This document shows, piece by piece, positions 13,223 to 25,914 of a DNA stretch of 64,000 nt (position 1 is the stretch's first letter; each line of letters starts with the position of its first letter). A program made the translations under genes and the position numbers. Below the pieces are notes generated by a model, which searched no databases, was not told where the DNA came from, and worked only from the letters and a program-made list of their open reading frames with translations. Origin of the DNA: the human T2T-CHM13v2.0 reference genome, Homo sapiens. The stretch lies in assembly GCF_009914755.1 (NCBI RefSeq), contig NC_060926.1. One strand, given 5' to 3'.

Positions 13223-15251
13223 TTTATATTAGATCGCGACCATGATTCTATGAGTCTAAAAATCAGTCTCTGACATGGGATGAAATTATCAATCTTCATA
13301 GGTTTTTCCCCTGTTCAGCAAAGGGATTTCATTTTGGAGCCCACAGAGAAGATAGTGTCTTTGTACTTGCCTTTGTCCACGTTGTCTACTCAGGTGGTGA
13401 GAGTGAGCAACTGCTTCACCCTGGAGAAAGGACTCCTTTTAATTTCTTTCTCTTGTTCTCTCTCTCACATTCTTTATTCTCTAGGTTACTTTGTTTGGTT
13501 TTTTTTTTTTTTTGCCTCTTTGCTCTCATCTTTATTAGACATCTAGGAGGAGCCTCTGATTATTGGGTTTTTTGTGTGATTTCTTTTCCCCCATCCTGTC
13601 AATTATTTTGAAAATCTAATAGTATATGAGTGAAGCCTGGAAAAAAAAAGCCTAGGATTCTGTGTACTGCTCATCCCTACACATTTTTTTGCAGTTTACT
13701 TGATCTAGAGTTCAAAGCCTTAGCTAGCTTAGGATTTGAGTGAAAGGCTTAGCTAGTAATTGTATTAATGGCACATATTTTGTCAAGAATCTCACAGAGG
13801 TGTTAAAGAAAGCCAGAAAGCTGTATTGAATTGTTACTACATCTTATTTACCCAAATCCCTTCTTTCAGTATCTTTGCAAGCCCATAAATCAAAATGTTT
13901 CACTGAGTTTTCAATCCCTGTTATTACATTTAGAGAAAGAATTTACATTTACCTAAAAGTTAATGATTCCAATTTATGCTTAGCTTTTCCAGAATAAAGA
14001 AAGTTAGAAAATCATTTTTATAAAGGCTTAACTCAATCCCTGGGCAATTTTATTTGCCCTACACTTTTCTGCCTACCATTCTGTGGTATCATTCTGATTA
14101 TTCAGAGATCATAGATACAAAGTATATTCCATGTTTAAAAACATCATAATTTTGCCCAAAGATAAAATAATCCTTCAGTATATAAAGGCTATATACTGGC
14201 TATATTGGCTCAACTGTAATATGATACAATATTTATTCAGAGAGATACAATTAAGGTGACAAAAGTGATAGCCCCACCTCATTTTGATTAGAGATGTGTG
14301 AGTATAGTCTAAAATCATGTTTGTAAAATACAAAATTTTGTCTCGTTTATTGTTTTTCATGCTTTTTTCTAAGATTTTGAAACTATATTAAAAAGTATGC
14401 TGTGGTTGATGGCTTTCTTGTTGAATACATTTCATTTGGGAGGTGATATTTTTTCTCATTTTAAACATTCTGCTATTTTTTGATAGAAACATTCACAAAA
14501 TCTTATGTGTAAATGAATCATGAAGAGAAAAAAATAATTCCCTCACTCAATATGCAGGAGTATAAACATTCAAAAGAAGAAAATAAATGAAAAGTATTTT
14601 TTATTTAGGTTTTGCAAACAATTCCAAGAAACTTGGTATTCTATGCCTTAACCTACCACGCTTCTAATTTTTGAATCTAATAAACAAAAATTAAAATACT
14701 TATGCCTTTAAGTGTTTAAGAAATATATAGATATGGATATGTTTGAAATATTATCCTACTTTAATAATTTTATATATAAGAAAGAATAAAGCTACCTAAT
14801 GACATCTGCAGGTTATTTCACTGATAAATTTCAGGGCAAGAAATTTTTACCACTACTCTAATTCTTCTTTACAAATCATTTATCACTTATGCAAAGCAGT
14901 TAAAGTAGTCAAGTAGCTGAGGAAATGAAGAATAATTGTAGCTCAATTCCAGAAATTTCTCCTCTTATCTTCACCACATTTGATGAAGCTGTTAAGAATA
15001 ATTTTTTGAATCTCAGTATATGCAAAGTGCTTGTTCTCACTAAATAAGCAACATGCAATGCCATTAAAGCATGGACCAAGAAAGTGTTTTCTGAACAAAT
15101 ACGTGAATCAAACAGTTCTCTTAGAAGCATGAAAATGAAAGAAAATGAATTCTAAGGTAAAAATGCTCAAAAAAGTAAATGCTGACTTCATAGGAAGAAA
15201 ATAATATGTGTAGACAGAAGATGATACAAATATAAAAGTATACTCTATTGG

Positions 15252-16037
<786 letters not shown>

Positions 16038-16689
16038 AGTATTTAATAGAACTGTTTGGTTTCTAAGCCTGACATGCTTGTGAATGTAGATAATACGTTC
16101 TGTTTCTCCAAGCAGAAGTCTCTGCCATGCACAAACATGAAGTTTACTGGCTTCTCTCTGGCAACTTAGAAGCTACCAATAGAAAACTGGAGAATTACAT
16201 CACATTGCGTATATGACATCCTACTTTTCAGGATTCTGCACACTCCTACAAAAAAAACAAAAACGAAAACAAAAAAAGAAACAATAATTCCAATACAACC
16301 ACACCACCAACAACAAAAAATACTATAGACATGTCAACAGGCTATTACCAGATTATATGCTTAGGTAATGACTTTGAACATAGCAATGTTTAACTAATTT
16401 AAAACCTACTAAATCAGGTGAGAATATATAAAACAAGGGAAATGTATTGTCATCTCCAAATATCTTGCTAGGATTTTCCATACATAGACTATACTATTCT
16501 ACTAGGAAACCAGATAAAGAAAAATAAAAAAAAAATCTATGGATTAGATTTTAGAGAGCATTAGAGAATATTTTAAATGCTCTCCTGAGACATATTTATT
16601 TCCTATAGTGTGAAATAGGATTATTTCTTATTTCAAATGCTCAGGAGAGCGTTCAAAATGTTCAGATTTACAATGTATACTGTTTAGTA

Positions 16690-17172
16690 AATGAAGAAGA
16701 GATTCCCAGACTTCTGAAACCAACATGCCTTCCTGTTTCCAAAATTAAAAATTCTGGTATGATGCATATTATCCCATTCTTGCAGTACATAATTTAGAGC
16801 AAAGGCAAAAATAATGCATCCACTTGCTAAAGGAAGATAAGACTGTAAACCAAATAAATAGGCTAATTATCAAGAATAAGAGTTTGCTTATCAAGACTGC
16901 CCTTGAAACCCTCTCCTCTCTGTGCCCACCAACTCAAATTTATTATGCCATAAAACTGGCCCAATTCCAGCCAGTTTCCCTCCATGCAATATCTGCCTTA
17001 AACTTACCCAGCCCTGTGTCTAAAAATACTGTAAGCAACTTCTCTGACTTTCCCCTTCTGAGATCTCCTAAGATTTTGTCAAGATCTAATAAATTTAGCT
17101 GTGCTTAAGCAAAAAAAAAAAAAAAAAAAAAAAAAGGCAAAAGCTTTTCTGATGAAATTTAAGCAAGTAGAT
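16690..17172 (+). mobile_element. Probable 5' LTR of ancient ERV1 provirus (MER110/MER67/MER31-like)
   Basis: Colinear similarity to 25470-26066 (GCAAAAATAA, GGAAG..AAACCAA.TAAA, AGCCAGTTT, TGAGA..CTAAGA.TTTGT, TTAGCT.TGCTT). AATAAA at 17088-17093, A25 run at 17111-17135. Confidence 0.6.
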
Positions 17173-18139
17173 GCTTGAAAATTTTGATACTCAAAGTTGT
17201 ACCAACATCCTTTTAAGACAATCTTGCTGCTACAGTGAAGTCTCTTGAGTTCATGGCTGTGTTCTAGAGCCTCCCGCTCAGAAAGTTCTATCCAAACGTA
17301 AGAGTGAGGCAGGTTCTGCGTTGGATCAGAGCTCCAATTTCATTTCAAGCTGCCAAACGATAAGTTAATTTTGTCTCCTAGAAATTATTTGGCTTGGGTA
17401 AGGACTTCTTAAGAACTTTTGAGTTCTGAATTTACTTTAGAAGTTTTCTATCCAAAAAAAGAGCAGACTATTGGAGATTTGGAAACCTGAATTTTTACTT
17501 CCTTTTCATTCTAATGAGCTCCTTAAATGAACAAGTCAGCGAATATCAAAATTTCTTCAATAGCTACTGCAATTCTAAATTATCCTTTGTGAAATCATGG
17601 CATAAAGAGAGATAAGCATATTAATTACAATTTTCGTACAAAAGCATGTAAGTCACAGAGTTCTAACCCAATTTGAGCACACATGTAGACCAAGATAAAA
17701 CTAAGAGCATGAACAATAGCCTTTTAAAAGTTGTGTATGAGCCTCTAAATTAACAGCCAAAATCCAACTGCATGCACATAAAACCAACAGTTCACATTAG
17801 TGGGAAAGTTTGGAGGGATCTGTCTGAAAATGACTCTTGTGAACAAAATGAGACAAGACTGAGGAAAGTTCTCATGAAACTTTGATAGGTGACTCAAGAC
17901 TAAATGGTCCAATCATGACACCAATCTGATGAGAACTTCTGACCTTATCTGTCCACAGGGCCAGCACTTATAGATTCATCAGACCTGTGTTCACTCCCTT
18001 TATTAAGAAATTTATCTTATATACTCTACTTACAACAAAAAGAACCAGGACAGAGAGAGAAATAAACAGTAGTGCTGGTAGTACTACTAGGAGATCAAAA
18101 AAAAAACCAAAAAAAAAAAACCAAAATAAAAACACCAAA

Positions 18140-18348
18140 ACAAATACCTCTCTTAGCTTCTGATGTTTTGTGGCAACCCTTGGCTTGTAGAAACATTAAG
18201 TCCAAGCTCTGCTTTCAGCTTAACATGTCCTTCTCCTATATTCATCCACATCTCCTCATTTCTCTTATACAGACACTAGCCATTGTATTAGGGCCCATTC
18301 CAAATCACGGATAATTTCATCTTCAGATTTTTAATTACATCTGCAAGG
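18140..18348 (-). mobile_element. MLT1C/D-type MaLR LTR fragment inserted in the provirus
   Basis: CTTAGCTTCTGATG...CCTTGGCTTGTAG...CACTAGCCATTGTATTAGGGCCCA...TTAATTACATCTGCAA. Confidence 0.7.
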
Positions 18349-19511
18349 TATTAATTTTTTGGTATGTATTTTTGGATTTATGTTAAGTATTATTGAACTT
18401 ACTACAAGCTGAAAGGGTTTTATAAACACAGTTGACCAGTATTAGCTAAGGAACTAAAGGAAAAATGGAATAAGTATTCAATGGGGGTGTTCTCAGATAA
18501 AATACAGCATTCTATTTTCGTGTGTCCTTAAACTCACATGAAGAAAATGTCTTTAAATATTATGAGACAACTTTACAAATACTTAATCCATGCTTTATAA
18601 TATCAACCTATAAATTCCTTCAGTATTGCATAACCTCTGCTGCAAAGTCAATAGACAACTCCATCATTATCATCTCTAAAAATCTTGACCTCTCCAGGTC
18701 TCAGTATACAATTGTTACTCTCAAACTTTAATTAAGGGGCATTCTTTCCTGCTTTGTGATGTTCTCTCACTGACTTAATAGAGAAAAATTTACAGTGCCA
18801 ATGGAATTACCCAATTAAATGCTCTCCTGATATCCTTTTCCTGAAAATTTATGAAGTACCCACTATTTATAATCAAGACATAACTCATTTAGATAGTGAT
18901 TTATTCTTTGATTTTAAACCTAGCTCAAATCTGAAGTTCAGCATGATGTGCCAGTCCCATATTAGGTCAAAAATGTTACTGATATGTGTGGAGTTATTGA
19001 GCTTGAAGTTCTTAAGAATCAGATTGACAAAATTAAGAACTTAGCCAAGTTTGCACAATAACATCGAAAACTGGAAGCTGAATCCTAATAGAGCCGGTAC
19101 TCATATTGTCATTTTGTACTAGTCCTTGTAATGTTCTTACACTTTGACTCAAGAAATCCAGTGGGAGAGAATATAGACGTTTTATGACTTGAGGGCCATA
19201 AATAAAATAGTCAAGCCCTTCTATTTTGGAAAACCAAACCTGAATAATATTTATCTTTAGTACTACATGAGGCTACATAGTTTACAGTAGTAGTCTGTGT
19301 TTGGCCTTATTTGCCTCTCTCTAGAAAAATATCATTAATACAAATTTTCCTTTCTATTCAAATTACATCCATATATCTGGACAATTATTTATCTGGAGTT
19401 TACTTGAATATTCATCTATTTATTTAATAAGTCCTTAACCTGGACCTTAGGAACTTAAATTTTCCTGTGATTCTACTCTTATCTAATACATGAATTATTG
19501 CTATGTTCCAA

Positions 19512-19569
19512 AAATGAGATATATTCTAATACTATTAAGTAAATGAGATATACTCTAATACTATTAAGT
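19512..19569 (+). repeat. 29-bp tandem duplication
   Basis: AAATGAGATATA(T/C)TCTAATACTATTAAGT x2, 28/29 identical. Confidence 0.9.
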
Positions 19570-21210
19570 AAACTTAATTATCTTCTCTTCAACTCAGTAA
19601 AGGAATGAAGTTTCTAAAGAAATGCTATATTCGTTAAGATAAATTTCATGACCTAGGGAATAATTTATCTCAAGAAGGCAAATTACTCACTTCTTAAAGA
19701 TTACGGATAATCCAAGACCTTTCTATCTATTCATACTCAAGAAATCTATGCAAGTCCTAGCTGTTCCTATTCACCTGCATAGAAACCATCAGAGACTAGT
19801 AGTTTATCACCACTTTTCTTTCCATCTGAATTCAAAATTCATCTTTTCTTAAGGCAATAGGTCACCTTTCTTAGGTCTCCCTTTAGAGACCTTAGCCAAC
19901 TTGGTTTTAGGGTATTTCTTAAATTTAATGGTCCCCCATGCTGTTCAAATCATGTTGCTCAATGAGAATACATAACATTCTTTGGCAAGAAAGCATTTGT
20001 CCTATGCAGTTCTGTTACTACATACATTTAGGTTTATTGGTGAATTATTCTAAATACTGCTACTTTTCTATTAATAGAAGGGACAACTCATAATTGCCTA
20101 ATTTCTTTTTGAGAACTATATATGCCCTGAACATTTTTAATAGAACTTCACTAGAAAATTTACATTTAATCTTCTTTGTTGATGTTTATGAAACAAGAAA
20201 ATATCAGGAATAATATTATATAAGGGATATCAACTCTGCCTCTATGTGGACACTAGCCAGAGGCATAAATCAGCCTGAAAGGAAGAATGCATTGCATTTA
20301 GCTGAATTTGTGATTAGTTGGGGGGTATACACATACACACACACATATACTACTAGCCAATCCCCTCTAAGGTATTTCATCTTATTTTTTAACCTCAGCG
20401 GGACATAATCTGAATGATTATTAAGCAATTGAGTACTTAAAAGTCTTTTTTTAAACTTAAAAGACTTTTACTTTTAAGTACTCAATTCCTTTCTACAAAG
20501 TGACTATTATAGATACTGAAGTACAACTGATAACATGGATACTTAAGAACATGTTCTGATTGATCATTACATGAGGCAGCCTCTAAAATACTAGTCCCAT
20601 GATAAACTCAAATGTCCAAATACTTGATGAGATTTAAAGAGGTTACTATCGAATGTTAGCCATTAGATTCATAGTCAGAAAAGAGATATAGTTAGGCCGA
20701 AAATTACATGAGGATTATCTTTGATGTTTTCATGGTGACTGCATTTTAGTTTCAAAGAAAATCAAACGGGACCTTGCAAGGATGTTACATGAAGTCACTC
20801 ACCACCACAAGAAAAGAATAGCCACTTTACTGAGTTGAGATAGATAGTGAAAAAATTTACTAAAATTAATGAGGGTTTTCTGGTGTTTGTTGTACCCATC
20901 ATCAGTTTTATCCTGGACTAAAGTCCACATCTCAGAGTTCATTTGAACATCTCTAATTAAATTTCAAAAAAATTATCTCCTACAATGGGTTCTGAATATT
21001 CTTTTATCATTGCTTATTTGGGGGATAACTTGAAGCATTTCTTTTCCAGAAAAATATGGCTCTGCGAATAGCAAATTTACATTTACCCCTTTATTTTCAG
21101 GCAGATATTTACTAACCAATATCTTCAAGGACAGGAGCAGCCCTTTTACTGAAACTACATCAAAGAGCTTTGTAAAATCTTGCTGTTTACTCAGAAACTT
21201 ATTTTTCCAT

Positions 21211-21315
21211 ATTATAATGAGTATTCATATATAATGAATACTCATTATAATGAGTATCATATATAATGAATACTCATTATAATGAGTATCATATATAATG
21301 AATACTCATTATAAT
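21211..21315. repeat. Palindromic AT-rich minisatellite (32-33 bp x ~3.2)
   Basis: ATTATAATGAGTAT(T)CATATATAATGAATACTC repeated three times, then ATTATAAT. Confidence 0.9.
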
Positions 21316-21780
21316 ATATACGTATTATATACATATATATATGATACTCATATATAAAACTCTATTACTAAACTTAGCAAAGCTCTCAGAGACCTTCATA
21401 CTTTCTTGGTCTAAAGTTTTGCTATTGGTTTTACTTACAAGAAGATCAATTTCTATTGGGATTCACCCGGTCTCCCCTTATGAATTAGTAACAAACTGGC
21501 CAAATCAGATTTGACACTTGATTTTAGTAACCGCCTTACTGCAAATAGATAAAGCTCAATACTGCAAAGGACTAATATAATACAGGCAATCTCATCAGTA
21601 CAACAACTTTGACTCAACATCTTTCTAAACAACTCTTACTTTCATGATCTAAAACCTAGAGACCCAGATTTTTCCAAAAGACAACAGATTCTGTTGATGG
21701 CTATGAAATCTCATAGAAAAAGACATAATATGGCACTGTTAACAACTATTATGGAAATCGAAGGTTTAGAGCTGAGATTC

Positions 21781-22087
21781 TTTTTTCTTTTTTTTTTTTT
21801 TTTTTTTTTGAGACAGAGTCTCACTCTGTCTCTCAGGCTGGAGTGCAATGGCACGATCTTGGCTCACGGCAACCTCTGCCTCCGGGTTCAAGCGATTCTC
21901 CTGCCTCAGCCTCCTAAGTAGTTGGGATTACAGGTGTGTGCCACCACACCCGGCTAATTTTTTTATTTTTAGTAGAGACAGAGTCTGCCATGGTGGCCAG
22001 GCTGGTCTGGAACTCCTGACTTCGTGATCCCCCCACCTTGGCCTTCTAAAGTGCTAGGATTACTGGCGTGAGCCACCACGCCTGGCC
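21781..22087 (-). mobile_element. Alu (AluS, Sg-like)
   Basis: Poly-T, full Alu reverse complement, TSD AGCTGAGATTCTT. Confidence 0.95.
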
Positions 22088-22121
22088 AAAAGCTGAGATT
22101 CTTAGAGCTCTTCTAGAGTGA

Positions 22122-22482
22122 TGTTTAGTCCATTCTCAAACTGCTATAATGATACTACCTGAGACTGGGTAATTTCTAAAGAGGTTTAATGACTCACAGT
22201 TTCACATGGCTGGGGAGGCCTCAGGAAACTTATAATCATTGCAGAAGGTGAAGGGGAAGCAAGCCATGTCTTACATAGTGGCAGGAGAGAGGGAGGGTGA
22301 AGGGGGAACTGCCAAACACTTTTAAATCCATCAGTTCTTGTGAGAACTTACTCACTATCACAGAACAGCATGGAGGAAACTGTCCCCATAATCTGGTCAC
22401 CTCCCACCATGTCCCTCCCTTGATACATGGGGATTAGAATTTGAGATGAGATTTGCATGGGGACAAAGAGCCAAACTATACA
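22122..22482 (-). mobile_element. MSTA MaLR LTR
   Basis: TTAGTCCATTCTCAAACTGCTATA...GGGGAGGCCTCAGGAAACTTA...GAAGGGGAAGCAAG...GGGGACAAAGAGCCAAACTATACA. Confidence 0.9.
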
Positions 22483-24360
22483 AAATGACAAGATGGTTTT
22501 TATCCAGGACCTGCAGATGACAGCATGAAGTAGACATCATCCTTCAAATACACTTGAAACAAGAGCCAGCTAACCAGGCCACATATTGTATGTTCTGTGT
22601 GTTCTTAGTTCTGTATATTCTGTATCTCTCTATCATTCCATCTGTTTTCTTTCCTCTTTAATGGTTTAAGGTCCTAGATTATTATCAGGCACTTTTAATT
22701 CTTAACAATGCTGTCAATGCAGTCCCTATCCTTAATATTGTTCTTTGTTGTTCTTTCTTAGTTCTTATTATGTTTCCCAATATTTAGCTAGAATTTGATA
22801 CAATCAAACTTTTGGACTTGAATTCACCTTCTGTTGTGTGTAATTCAGTTTTGTTTTTGATACTCATTTCTGTATTAAATCAGTTGATCTGGAAAAACAG
22901 ATCCATTTATCAAGTGAGGTTTTAGATAGAAATAAATACAAGTCAGGCATCCAGAAAACTCACAACCTCTATCACAACCTTCCTAAAGAGGGCTTTTTTG
23001 TCACCATAGGAATAACATTTGAAAATCTGTCTTAGAAGTCATCTATTGTACCTAAACATTCACAGAAATAAACTTGAAAAATATTTAAACCATTTAAATC
23101 CAGATGGTATGTATTAAGAGGCCATCAAATTTTATAGATCTTACAAGGAAGATACATTGCTTAGGCACCAAAACGCTCCCTTACTTAAGTCTCCCTGATG
23201 ATCTCTGTACCACAAATTTTATTTCCTGCTGTCAGACCAATCTTGGAAAGTGTGCCAAAATAATTCATTGCTATTCAGCAAACCCATATGGGTACTTTTA
23301 TCAAAAACTTATGTTTAGATGGTTCTAACAACTAGTATTAGTTTTATAGCCCACAAGCCTATTGACTACTCCCCATAAATTGTGTAAGGACCTAATATCT
23401 TGATAAACTGATGTCTACATTCAAGAGATGTTCTGATATTATTAAAAAAGGATAGATTCAGGCTCAACAATTTCTCTTCTTAGCATATATTAAGAAATTT
23501 AATTTAAAAGAAAAAAAATAAGCCTCAATTTGAATTTGATTATTTTTCTAAAAATTTTAGCAACCAGGGAGTAGTTTTTGAACTACTTTCACCTGCCCTC
23601 AAGCCTCTTTTTTAATGCGGTATAATTGGCTTGAAAAGTGGGAATAATCTATATATTATGATGCAGAGAATATTATGAAAACTGGATAGTGTAATTAAGG
23701 CCATAGAATTTTTGCATGAGAAGTTCTAAAAAATTGTGCAGATTGTGGTCCCAAATAGATCCAATTTGGACACAATAGGGTCTTCTTGAAGTAGAATACA
23801 CTAGGCAAACAATGCCGTATGTATATCCCTACAGATCTACTTCTCTTGGATCTTTTCTATTATGAAAAATATGTTTTAAAAAATTCAGTAGACTAATACC
23901 AACATATCTCATCTGTGAGCTCTTTTGATTTGCAATAGGTTATTGTATTAGTTATTCTTCCCTTGTTACAAGTTACCACAAACTTGATAATATAAAACCA
24001 TACACAGGTATTAGCTTAAAATATGGCAGACTGCTTCATCAAAGCCAGCAAAAGAGAGAGTTTGCTGGCAAAATGAAACTTACAATCTCTTGTAATCTAG
24101 TCATGAAGTGTCATCCCCTCAGGGATGATGATTAGAAGCAAATTATTCAAGGGGAGAAGATTACTCAAGAGTTGTGAACATCAGGAGGCAGGTTTATTTG
24201 GGAGTCCTTTTCAAAGCTACTGACTTTAGATATTTTTGTGTCTTTATTTAATGGAGATACTCTTGGCTTCTGGCTTAGAAGTAGTCTACAAATTATGACA
24301 ATTATCCTTTTTTATAGTATTTGTGTTGCACTCCTCAAATGTGTAATTTCTGAGGCTTAA
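22480..24360 (+). pseudogene. Degraded gamma-type env (SU remnant and TM)
   Basis: VQIVVPNRSNLDTI (23736-23777) resembles the ISD consensus LQNRxxLD; LGKQCRMYIP (23801-23830) is a degenerate CX6CC/CCxYI; hydrophobic anchor LGFWLRSSLQIMTIILFYSICVALLKCVIS (24262-24351). Lies between integrase and PPT. Confidence 0.7.
23944..24228 (-). mobile_element. MLT1 (E/F-like) LTR fragment inserted in env
   Basis: TGTATTAGTTATT...AAGTTACCACAAACTT...CTTCATCAAAGCCAGCAA...GATTAGAAGCAA...GAACATCAGGAGGCAGG. Confidence 0.65.
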
Positions 24361-24728
24361 TTTATGTACCATAGCTGATTTTCCAATAAATGCTCAACCA
24401 ACCAATCAATAAGAAATCTGACACTTTCAGATATTAGAACAGTAATCATTAGAAACTCTACTTACAACCATGACACAGAAAACAGTGGTAAGATTTGTAT
24501 TGATTATGACCCCAGGCAATAATCATCTATCATTATCAGCTTAAGGTAGACCAAAAATGTGAAGAGGAGGCTTGAGAACTAAAGTGAACGTGATTGTTTC
24601 TTACTGAGATAAAAGATACTGGGACCAAACTTGTCTGTCCTGGGTTAAACCGTTTTAGGACTGAAACTCATTGTGATGCATAGTTTTGGGTGAGAGAAGA
24701 AGAGACTGACATATGTAAGAACTAAAAC

Positions 24729-25445
24729 TGATATGGACAGGAGGCAAGGAAGTACTGGGTAGAAGAGGGAAGTTTCCCGGCAAAGGCCCACTCTCAAGCC
24801 TGGAAACCTGCAGGCCTAAATGGGAACAGGCATTCCTGTTTTTGTGCCCAAATGTTGCCTTTTCCAAGATCACTTTGGCCCACCACACCCCTATCCTGTG
24901 CCTATTTAAACCCCAAGCTCCACAAACAAAGGAACAGAAGAGCAGCAGAGCAGAAGAATGGCAGAGTGGCACAGCAGAGAAGGAGCATATGAACATTGAG
25001 AGGCATTCAGCTGGGGACAGTCAGAGAGGAGATCGGCTATGGGACAGCTGAACTCCAGGGGACATTCATCTTCCCACTCCATCCCCTTTCCAGCTCCCCA
25101 TCCATCCCACTGAGAGCCATCTTCATCACTCAGTAAAATCCCTGCACTCCCCATCCTTCAAGTCCATTTGACCCAGTTCTTCCTGGACACCAGACAAGAA
25201 CCCAGGTACCAAGAGTGCAGGGTGTAAAAGCTGTCACCCTGACTTTCCAGTGAGCTAGTTTAACACTTAGCTGTCCTAGATGCTACCATGGGGCCAGAGC
25301 CCAAAAGCCCTCACCCCAGCTCCTGCACCTGCCCATCTACATGCTCCCTCTCCTGTAAGCGGTTTGAGTGTGTGGTTGCTGGGCAAAAACAAGCCACACT
25401 CCTGTTGCAAGTCCCACAAGAGGGTCAGGTAACACTCCCCTTTCC
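24729..25445 (+). mobile_element. ERV1 solo LTR of the LTR1/LTR27/LTR28 (MER52-related) group
   Basis: Starts TGATATGGACAGGAGGCAAGGAAGTACTGGGTAGAAGAGGG...CAAAGGCCCACTCTCAAGCC; TSD AAAC/AAAT. Confidence 0.8.
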
Positions 25446-25776
25446 AAATCAAAATATGTTTCAGTAGATGTGTTAGTAATTCTGTGGCCAGGAATACTTT
25501 CCTCCTTCTATGCTAAATAATACTGAAAACAAGCAAAAATAACATAGGTACTTAATGTAGCAATTTTGATCCAGGAAGTTCAGGCTGGAAACCAAGTAAA
25601 ACACCTTACTTTTCAACACTAATAGATTGTTCATCAAAGCTCACTTCAAGATCCTCAGATTACGCTGTCCACTAATCCAGAAATATCATGATATACATTG
25701 TGCTTAATCCTAGCCAGTTTTCTACTTTCACAAACTACATTAAAAATTCTCAGCTCAGGCCCTAAAACTCTGTTAA

Positions 25777-25914
25777 CAGGCTGGCTTCACAGTGCATGTG
25801 ACCTGTATAGCCATGAGGTGGCTTAATGTTATGCTGTCACCATTTTGAAATTCTTAATCATATTTTAACAGTTTTTAACTATTCTCTGAGCCCCATAAAC
25901 TATTGTCTGTTCTG
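25777..25914 (+). mobile_element. MER45A (hAT-Tip100) DNA transposon
   Basis: CAGGCTGGCTTCACAGTGCATGTGACCTGT...GCTGTCACCATTTTGAAATTCTTAAT...GAGCCCCATAAACTAT..TCTG; 8-bp TSD TCTGTTAA/CCTATTAA. Confidence 0.7.

Larger units (their letters stand above)
18700..21780 (+). pseudogene. Degraded ERV1 pro-pol (protease C-terminus, RT, RNase H, integrase)
   Basis: HSFLLC (18740), CTSPCN (19115-19132), DLRAINKIV (19186-19212), DSTLI*YM at the LIQYVDD position (~19470), LIFFVD (RNase H, ~20165), FEHL*LNF (20942-20965), SPYELVT (21473-21493), HDLKPRD (21643), ALLTT (~21735). Correct order; many stops and frameshifts. Confidence 0.85.

Noticed and set aside
16801-17142. Processed retrocopy: AATAAA plus poly(A) flanked by an apparent TSD AAAGGCAAAA
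   Set aside because: Similarity to the 3' LTR extends upstream of the left 'TSD' (GCAAAAATAA is in both LTRs) and seems to continue past the A-run. The site is also not a TT/AAAA L1 target. It is better explained as the 5' LTR with an A-tract.
17520-18050. gag of the 16.7-26.1 kb provirus
   Set aside because: The position fits and there are faint echoes (KSW, RP..LIKK), but they are too degraded for me to call as a feature.
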